DNA of 64,000 nucleotides from Minisyncoccota bacterium (GTDB taxonomy: Bacteria > Patescibacteriota > Minisyncoccia > Phycocordibacterales > CSBR16-193): contig JBBDRA010000003.1 in the NCBI GenBank assembly GCA_040905715.1, forward strand, positions 7,075 through 71,074, in the 5' to 3' direction. Positions 56,264 through 64,000 of this stretch are shown here, one piece after another. The notes under the pieces are model-generated. The model did no database searches. It was given only the letters and a program-made list of their open reading frames with translations, and was not told the origin of the DNA. The translations under genes and the position numbers were made by a program. Numbering within the stretch: the first letter of the stretch is position 1; every line of letters starts with the position of its first letter.

Positions 56264-56881
56264 ATGGACGTACTGGACCGACTATTTGGAAGTCACGCGC
56301 AAGTTAAGATAATGCGCCTATTTTTATTTCACCCTGGGGAGATCTACGAACCCAAGGATGTTGTTCGGTTGGCTCGCGTGGACAGTAAGGTGGTGCGACG
56401 TGAGCTTGAGAACCTCTCTAAGGCAGGTCTTGTTCAGAAAAAGTCTGCTTCGAAAGAAACCAAGGTTCTTAATAAGAACGGCAAGCCCAAGAAAAAGAAG
56501 GTTTCCGGATGGATGCTGAACGCAGATTTTCCCTACCTCAAGCCGCTTCAGAATATCCTGGTCAATGTGCGTCCGCTTTCATCGGGTGAACTCGCCAAGC
56601 GCTTTCACGGCGCAGGGACCATAAAGTTCCTGGTAGTCTCGGGTGTCTTTCTCCAGCAATGGGAAAGCCGAGTTGATCTGTTGGTAGTAGGCGACAAGTT
56701 GAGCGAAGCTCGCGTTCATAATGTAGTGAAAGTGCTGGAATCCGAAGTGGGTCGTGAGCTTTCGTACGCTTCTTTTTCAACTCAAGACTTCCTGTACCGC
56801 CTAGACGTATACGATAAGCTTATTCGTGACATTCTCGATTACCCTCATGAGAGGATCGTAGACAAATTGCAGATCCAGTAG
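56264..56881 (+). CDS. wHTH plus nucleotidyltransferase-like hypothetical protein
   Basis: LFGS..VKIMRLF N-terminus; SGVF...VDLLVVGD; E.GREL.Y. Confidence 0.75.
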   Translation: MDVLDRLFGSHAQVKIMRLFLFHPGEIYEPKDVVRLARVDSKVVRRELENLSKAGLVQKKSASKETKVLNKNGKPKKKKVSGWMLNADFPYLKPLQNILVNVRPLSSGELAKRFHGAGTIKFLVVSGVFLQQWESRVDLLVVGDKLSEARVHNVVKVLESEVGRELSYASFSTQDFLYRLDVYDKLIRDILDYPHERIVDKLQIQ

Positions 56882-57078
56882 CTGATTCAAAGCTGCCTGT
56901 CTCTATGAATAATGTGTCGTCAGTTGTTTGTGTCTGATAGGACCGATCTAAACACTGAATCTCGTCTTTTTATCCGTGTAACAGCTGGTAAGTGATACTT
57001 TTTACTGTCTGAGACATTTGGCTAAAAGAAACTAAGATAGTGACAAAATAGAAGTCGGACAAAAACTGGTGATGTGGG

Positions 57079-57106
57079 TTGACACAGCATCAAAGCTGTA
57101 TATAAT
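57079..57106 (+). promoter_or_regulatory. Promoter upstream of 23S rRNA
   Basis: TTGACA-16-TATAAT; boxA-like TCCTTTGACAACTAAATA at ~57397-57414. Confidence 0.7.
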
Positions 57107-58020
57107 AGCAAGACAAACTTATGGCAATAGGAACTTGTTTGTATACTTGTTTGAGTACGTAGAGCGGATGGCACCAAACTCCTCACGGAGAACCTAGACG
57201 GTGTACCGCTTCACAGGCGGTTTTTCTTTTGTTAACGTAGGTTGTGCGTCAGAAAAGAAAACCGCATCAGCTGCTAAAAATAGTAGGAAGACAGTAAAAT
57301 ATTCTTGCTCCTCACATGGGTCGCTTACGCTTGAGTGGTTGTATGACTTCTCCCGTTCGTACGTGCGAGCCAGGTGAGAGGCCGGAATAGGGCCTGTCCT
57401 TTGACAACTAAATAGTTCTAGCAATGACATGAGCCTCATTGTTAGAACGAGGTAACAAACAGCAAATGAAATGTTGATACATTGATTGTATGTATCAGAG
57501 CAAAACATTGGTTAATGAATTTCCTAATAGGAAATTAAAGGGCGTATGGTGGATGCCTTGACTTCAAGAGGCGATGAAGGACGTGGTACGGCTGCGATAA
57601 GCTTCGGTGAGGTGCCTAACAACCTATGAACCGAAGATCTCCGAATGGGGAAACCCAATTCCGTTTAAGCGGGATTACCCTGTCGTTGAAGAACGGCAGG
57701 GAGTACACCCGGGGAAGTGAAACATCTCAGTACCCGGAGGAATATAGACAAATATGCATTCCCTTAGTAGTGGCGAGCGAAACGGGAGGAGCCTAAACCA
57801 CTGTGCTTGCACAGTGGGGTTGCAGGGTAGAAGTGCGGGGAATCCCGGATTTATTATTATTGTTAGCAGAATCAGCTGGGAAGCTGAACCCAAGGGGGTA
57901 ATAGTCCCGTACGCGAAAACAATAATGTATTTCTGACTTCTATTCCTAAGTAGTTCAGGACACGAAAAGCCTGAGTGAATCTGCCAGAACTAACTGGTAA
58001 GGCTAAATACTCTTGAAGAT

Positions 58021-58063
<43 letters not shown>

Positions 58064-59517
58064 GATAAGGGGAGTGAAATAGATCCTGAAACCATACGCC
58101 TACAAGGAGTCGGAGCGGGCGCTTGCGTCCGTCACGGCGTGCCTATTGAAGAATGAGCCAACGAGTTGATATATGCGGCTTGGGTAAGCTCTGAGAGGAG
58201 CGCACCCGTAGGGAAACCGAGTGTGAATAGCGCGTATGCTCCACAATGTGGGGTCGTCGTATGTATCAGACCCGAAACCAGGCGATCTTGCCATGGGCAG
58301 GGTGAACTCCGGCGAAAGCCGGAGGGAGGCCCGAACCGAATGGCCGTGCAAAACCATCGGATGACCTGTGGTAAGCAGTGAAAAGCTAATCGAGCTTGGT
58401 AATAGCTGGTTCTCTCCGAAACAGCTTTAGGGTTGGCGTCCGGATTACCCGCTTGGGGTAGAGCTACTGGATGGTCTAAATAGGGGCTACGCCTCATTAG
58501 ACCAATCAAACTCCGAATACAAGCGGTCAACTTCCGGGCAGTTAGACCATGGGCGCTAAGGTCCATTGGTCAAAAGGGAAACAGCCCAGACCTCCAGTTA
58601 AGGTCCCTAAATCTATGCTAAGTGCACTTAAGGTGGTGGAATTTCTCAGACACTGAGGAGGTTGGCTTAGAAGCAGCCATCCTTTAAAGAGTGCGTAACA
58701 GCTCACTCATTTAGAGATTCTGCGCCGAAGATAATCGGGGCTAAGCATAGTACCGAAACTGAGGATGTTTACGATCTCCGGATCGTAAGCGTGGTAGGAG
58801 AGTATTTCACGCTGCGATGAAGCTGAAGGGGTGACCCACAGTGGAGCGCGTGGAAGTAAGAATGTTGGCACAAGTAACCGCAAGGCAGGTGAGATCCCTG
58901 CCCGCCGAAAGACTAAGGATTCCTTGGCGATGGTGATCAGCCAAGGGTTAGTCGGGGCCTAAGGCAATCCCGAACGGGGGAGCCGATGGAGACTATGGTT
59001 AATATTCCATGACCCCCATATAGTCCGATTGGAGTGACGGAGCGCTGTACTTCTCGCATATTAGCGGATTTATGTCCTTTCTGTGAGGCCGCTCTCTAGG
59101 TAAATCCGGAGAGCATAAGCCGAGCAGCGAGGCGAATCCGTCGTACGCGACGGAGAAGGAGGAGGAGCGCGCTTCCAGGAAAAGCTTCTCAGGATAACTA
59201 TATGGGGCCCGTACCAAAACCGACACAGGTAGTCAGGTCGAGTAGACCAAGGCGAACGAGTGAAATGTCCCTAAGGAACTCGGCAAAACAGCGGCCGTAC
59301 CTTCGGTATAAGGCCTGCCTTCACTGCTTCGGTAGTGAAGGCCGCAGCTAAAGATTCCCTGGCAACTGTTTACCAAAAACATAGCTCCCTGCGAACTCGA
59401 TAAGAGGATGTATAGGGAGTGACGCCTGACCAATGCCAGAAGGTTAAACATGGGCTGTACACGCGTTTACGTGTGTGCCGACTTTTGTATGCCCTGGTGA
59501 ATGTCGGCCGTAACTAT

Positions 59518-60298
59518 AAACCTGACCGTTGTAGTTACGTAAATAAACTTTGCTATATGCGGGAAAACCCGGATGCATCTTGACGGTACTCGCTTCTTGT
59601 CGAAGAAGCAGTAACAAGCCGTCAAGTGAGCTTCGCATGAGCGCCGGACGATCCGCAGGAAAGACTTCCGCAAGTCACATCTATGGAAGGATATAAGGTG
59701 CAATCAGTAAAACCAGAGCATGGATATTACATAGCCGGCTTTACTGACGGAGAAGGAAGCTTCAACGTTTCGATAAAAAAGAGAAAAGATTATCGAAATA
59801 CGTGGAAATTAACAGCTTCCTTTAACATTTCTCAACGAGATCGTGTAATACTCAGCTTCATTAAGAAGCAGTTACAATGCGGAACGCTCCGCACACGGAA
59901 GGATGGGGTGGTGTACTACGAAGTAACTAACCCAACTTCCTTGTACGAGAATGTTATCCCATTCTTTACACGATTTCGGTTTCTGTCTGCTAAGAAAAAG
60001 CGAAATTTCTCGTTATTTTGTCAGATAGTAGAGAAGATGTACCGAAAAGAACATCTCTCAGAGGAAGGATTTCAAGAAATTCTTCAACTGAGGGAAAAAC
60101 TCAACAAGGGTATTGGAAGGAAGAGAAAGTACGATATTACAAGTTGTAGTTAATGCGGAAGAATCCTCAGAGACTATACGCAAAGTACCACTGAAACAAT
60201 GATTGGAAGCCGACTGTTTCAGGGTAATGATATAGTCCGATCCTTATGGCGACATAAGGTCTGAGCGTCAATCTGACGCTTGGTAGAAAACAGAGACG
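59518..60298 (+). mobile_element. Group I intron at 23S position L1917
   Basis: Interrupts TAACTAT^AACGGTCC; ends in G; IGS GACCGTTGTAGTTACG pairs with both exons; TCAGAGACTA and ATAGTCC P7 elements. Confidence 0.93.
59683..60153 (+). CDS. Intron-encoded single-motif LAGLIDADG homing endonuclease
   Basis: YIAGFTDGEGSF, FNISQ, IPFF, K..NF..F. Confidence 0.95.
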   Translation: MEGYKVQSVKPEHGYYIAGFTDGEGSFNVSIKKRKDYRNTWKLTASFNISQRDRVILSFIKKQLQCGTLRTRKDGVVYYEVTNPTSLYENVIPFFTRFRFLSAKKKRNFSLFCQIVEKMYRKEHLSEEGFQEILQLREKLNKGIGRKRKYDITSCS

Positions 60299-61116
60299 AA
60301 CGGTCCTAAGGTAGCGAAATTCCTTGTCTGGTAAGTTCAGACGCGCACGAATGGCGTAATGACTGGGGAACTGTCTCAGGGGCATGCTCGGTGAAAATAC
60401 AATACCAGTGAAGATGCTGGTTACCTGCAGCAGGACAAAAAGACCCCAGAAGCTTTACTGTAGTTTGATATTGGATGTACAGTTTCTCTGCGAAGTATAG
60501 GTGGGAGACTTTGAAGCGTTGGTTTCGGCTAGCGTGGAGTCGTCAGTGGGATACCACCCTTAGAACCTGTATATTCTAACCCGGTGAGAAAAACTCATCA
60601 GGGACAGTATCTTGCGGGCAGTTTGAGTGGGGCGCTCTCCTCCCAAAAAGTAACGGAGGAGCCTATAAGGTCGGCTAGGCGCGAATGGAAACCGTGCCGA
60701 TAGTGTAATGGCACAAGCCGGCTTAACTGTAAGACGTACATGTCGAGCAGATGCGAAAGCAGAGCATAGTGGTCCGACGGTTCGTCTTAGAGACGGCCGG
60801 AGCTTAACGGATAAAAGCTACTCTGGGGATAACAGGCTGGTACCGCCTAAGAGTTCATATCGACGGCGGTGTTCGGCACCTCGATGTCGGCTCGACTTAT
60901 CCTGGCGCTGGAGAAGGTGCCAAGGGTTCGGCTGTTCGCCGATTAAAAAGTCACGCGAGCTGGGTTCAGACCGACGTAAGTCAGGTTGGTCTTCTATCCG
61001 CTGCAGGCGTAGATTCTTGAAGAGATTCGCTCCTAGTACGAGAGGGCCGGAGTGAACTGACCTCTGGTGTATCAGCTGTCACGCCAGTGGCACTGCTGAG
61101 TAGCTATGTCGGGAAT

Positions 61117-61149
<33 letters not shown>

Positions 61150-61366
61150 AACTCTAAGATTAGGAATCATAGATCCCTGGGAGATGACCAGGTTGATAGG
61201 CACTAGGTGTGCGCACAGTAATGTGCTTAGCCGAGGTGTACTAATTCATCATATCCTATTAGGAAATTTGGATGCCAGCGTCCGCACCACACAGGTGTGG
61301 CGCGGGCGAAAAGTGTTTTGCTCTGTTAGATGGAATGAATGCGTTTGTTTCATTGTTAGTTTGTAA

Positions 61367-61589
61367 TATTGAGTTGTGTGTATTGGGTGTATACGGGATG
61401 TAGCCGGTCGTGCTTTCTTAGTAGTGGCGAGCGAACAGAATGTGAGTGAGGGTACGCCTTCGCCGGCTCGACCATAGCGCTCCGTCATGGACGGAGAGTG
61501 GGGGAAGGACCCATCATCCCGATTTCTGAAATTAGCGCCAGTTCTTTTCACGCACCACTAACGTGGTGCCTAATATACACAGCTCAATA
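61367..61589 (+). ncRNA. Structured domain in the 23S-5S spacer
   Basis: 21-bp closing stem, inner stems, 19-nt identity to 23S 57763-57781. Confidence 0.5.
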
Positions 61590-61622
61590 ATACGATCAAA
61601 AAGTAACGCGAATTGAGTATTG

Positions 61623-61735
61623 TATGCTGGTGCTTTGGCGAGAGGGGTACACCTGTTCCCATCCCGAACACAGCAGTTAAGCCTTTCAGCACCGATGATA
61701 GTCTTTCAAGGCGAAAGTAGGTCGGCGCCAGCATA
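61623..61735 (+). rRNA. rrf: 5S rRNA
   Basis: CACCTGTTCCCATCCCGAACACAG, GTTAAGC, AGTAGGTC; terminal helix ATGCTGGTGC/GCGCCAGCAT. Confidence 0.95.
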
Positions 61736-62026
61736 GAGTACTTAATTTTCTTTTCAGATATAATTTCGGAATATATTTAGACGGTAGCGAAAGTAAGCAA
61801 AGCTTGCTTTGACTGCATTCGGACGAAATGTGAATGCTTCGCATTCCCGTTTCGCTCCTCATTTGTCAAAGTAGGTCGGCGCCAGCACTACAAGAGCACT
61901 TCTTGTTTTCTAATTCACAGCAAAGCTGTTCACAAGAAAACAAAGTCGCACTACCAGAGCACTTCTTTATCCCTAATTCACTATCGTTCATAAGGGCTAA
62001 ATGTCGCATAGAGTACTCAATTTTCT
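61731..62026 (+). repeat. Array of 5S 3'-end-derived direct repeats separated by hairpins
   Basis: AAAGTAGGTCGGCGCCAGCA repeated at 61868-61887; GCACTACMAGAGCACTTCTT at 61885 and 61948; GCATAGAGTACTYAATTTTCT at 61731 and 62006. Confidence 0.75.
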
Positions 62027-62118
62027 CCATAAACAATCTCCTTCAAGGAGGTTGTTTTTGTTTATAAACACCCGGTATCAACAGTAACGAGTGTTTATTT
62101 GATATACTACGTAAATAT

Positions 62119-63528
62119 ATGGAAAAAAATGTAGACCAGAGCTCCGCGCCAGTTGAAAAACAAGAAGAGATCTCTGAAAAGCAAACCGGTATTGACTGGG
62201 CCACAAAACGAAAGATAACCGTTTTGAGTATGATCGCGGGGGTTTTGTTTGTCGTGACCGCGTTGGCCATGTTTTTCTTGTTTTACGAGGAGTCAGCGCC
62301 GGTTTCTGAGGATCTTCCATCCGGCACAGTTTCTGATCCGATCGTGCTGTGGGAGCGTGCGTTTCCGGCGCGTGAAGGAAGTTATAGCCTTGTCGCTTAC
62401 ATTGAGAATCCTAATACAGCAACCCGGGTATCATCAGCGCCATATGAGTTCAGTGTGTATGATCGAGATAACGTGCTTCTTGAAACAATTCAAGGAGCAA
62501 CAGTTGTTCCACCTGATCAGTTTTTTGCGGTTTTCGAGGGACCTGTTAGTTTTGATCGGGAGCCCGCTCGTGTAACGTTCAGATTTGCTGATGAGCTGCC
62601 GTGGAGATCCGTTCAAGATCATGAAAAAAATCTGATCAGTGTATCTAATAGAGTGTTCTCCTCACTGGAAACTCGTCCACGGGTACAGGCTGATTTTACG
62701 AACACGTCGATCTTGCCAATAAAGAACATCGAAGCGGTCACGATCGTTTATGACAGTAATAATGTTGCCATTGGCGCGTCGCGCACCGTTATAAGTGAGC
62801 TGAAAAAAGGAGAAACTACAAACAAAACATTTACCTGGCCGAGACCGTTTGACGCGGGGACCCGCATTTGCCAGCAACCGGCTGATACCATGCTGGTGAT
62901 CGACCGTTCAGGTAGTATGCAGTTCGACAGCGAAGATCCGCCGCAACCTCTAACTGATGTTAAAGAGGCGGCCAAGTCGTTTCTGGATATGCTTTCGGAT
63001 ACGGATAAGGCCGGCATGGTGTCGTTTGCGACCGAGGCGAGTGATCCGGTCGATCAGCAGCTGACCTCAAGCCTTGATACGGTTAAACAAGCGATCGACT
63101 CGATCTCGATCGGTACACCACACCTCGATGAGCACACGAATATAGCAGACGGTATTCGTCGCTCGCTGGATGAGATGCGCTCATCTCGTCGTTCACCGGA
63201 AACGTCTGGCGTGATCGTGTTGCTTAGTGACGGTGTTGCGACAAGACCGCTTCCTCCTGAAGACAGTGACTTGAGTCGGCAGGAGTATCCGAAACAGCAA
63301 GCACTCGACGCAGCAGAAGTGGCTGCCGAAGAAAATATAGAACTATACGTAATCGGGCTTGGTGAAGGAGCAAGTGGTGATTTTTTGAGGGAGCTTGCTC
63401 CTTCATCGGATAATCATTTCTTTGCCCCTACCACAGATGATCTTGATGGCATCTACCAGGAAGTTGCGACAAGTGTGTGTGAGCAGGACCGTGCTGTTGT
63501 GCGGATTCTCACAAAAATACTCGAATAA
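62119..63528 (+). CDS. Membrane-anchored vWA domain protein
   Basis: TM, Ig-like region, MIDAS DRSGS, TNIADG, LLSDG. Confidence 0.9.
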   Translation: MEKNVDQSSAPVEKQEEISEKQTGIDWATKRKITVLSMIAGVLFVVTALAMFFLFYEESAPVSEDLPSGTVSDPIVLWERAFPAREGSYSLVAYIENPNTATRVSSAPYEFSVYDRDNVLLETIQGATVVPPDQFFAVFEGPVSFDREPARVTFRFADELPWRSVQDHEKNLISVSNRVFSSLETRPRVQADFTNTSILPIKNIEAVTIVYDSNNVAIGASRTVISELKKGETTNKTFTWPRPFDAGTRICQQPADTMLVIDRSGSMQFDSEDPPQPLTDVKEAAKSFLDMLSDTDKAGMVSFATEASDPVDQQLTSSLDTVKQAIDSISIGTPHLDEHTNIADGIRRSLDEMRSSRRSPETSGVIVLLSDGVATRPLPPEDSDLSRQEYPKQQALDAAEVAAEENIELYVIGLGEGASGDFLRELAPSSDNHFFAPTTDDLDGIYQEVATSVCEQDRAVVRILTKILE

Positions 63529-63615
63529 GGTTTTGTTGAAAGGTGTGCAGGTAGATCTTTTAAGATCGAAAGCTTTTAGGATGGGTGTTTTGCCAGTATG
63601 ATATGATGTCGCTAC

Positions 63616-64000
63616 ATGTTAGGGTATCTTACTGCGTTTTCACGACGAGCGATCGACACAGCCTGGTCGTTTGACTGGATATTGTTCGGCGCTGCTTTGG
63701 CGATATCTCTTGCCGGACTTATCACAATGAATTCGTTTACCGGCGAGGATAGGTTTTTTGAAAAACAGATCGTATGGATCGGCGTATCACTCGGAGCCTG
63801 TTTTCTGGTTAGTATGATCGATCTTCGATTTCTTCGAAGGACCGGGGTCGTTGTAGCGTTGTATGTGCTCACAGTTGCATCACTTGCGCTTCTCTTTGTT
63901 GTAGGAAGCACGTTTCAAGGTGCGGAAAGTTGGTTTTCGATCGGCGGGTTTTCGTTTCAGCCGGTTGAGCCGGCAAAACTTGTGCTCGTTATACTGCTGG
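63616..64000 (+). CDS. rodA: SEDS family protein RodA/FtsW (3'-truncated by window edge)
   Basis: Translated by hand: ...FEKQIVW...GAESWFSIGGFSFQPVEPAKL. Confidence 0.88.
   Translation, partial: MLGYLTAFSRRAIDTAWSFDWILFGAALAISLAGLITMNSFTGEDRFFEKQIVWIGVSLGACFLVSMIDLRFLRRTGVVVALYVLTVASLALLFVVGSTFQGAESWFSIGGFSFQPVEPAKLVLVILL

Noticed and set aside
61731-62026. CRISPR array interpretation of the repeats after 5S
   Set aside because: Few, degenerate repeats derived from the 5S tail; spacers are related hairpins; no cas genes in the window

Overview
64 kb of a Patescibacteria (CPR, Parcubacteria-like) chromosome using standard code 11. It is mostly housekeeping: fba, lexA + Y-family polymerase, mscL, ECF sigma/anti-sigma, folD, secE-nusG-rplK (no rplA), a thymidylate cluster (dcd, folA, thyA, glyA, tmk, dut), argS, divergent pyrD/pyrC, ileS with an inserted histidine-phosphatase domain, recO, glyQS, metG, tatD, rpsF-ssb-rpsR, efp, intein-containing recA, ftsK, an acidic S-layer-like protein, rplJ-rplL, an unlinked 23S-5S locus with an L1917 group I intron and LAGLIDADG endonuclease, a vWA protein and the start of rodA. 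The most striking unexplained signal is a family of fold-back elements. One copy carries a GIY-YIG nuclease gene between the L10 leader and rplJ; an empty copy sits between ssb and rpsR. Both have the layout hairpin(GAGTGAAGCGA loop) - ACCCRGTTAAAT - cargo - ATTTAACCGGGT - hairpin ending on the A of the downstream start codon. Related palindromic modules occur behind 5S rRNA, after mscL and in-frame inside genes. Several large structured non-coding regions are candidate ncRNAs (upstream of glyA, S-layer leader, 23S-5S spacer). All assignments come from motif recognition by eye; no searches were run.
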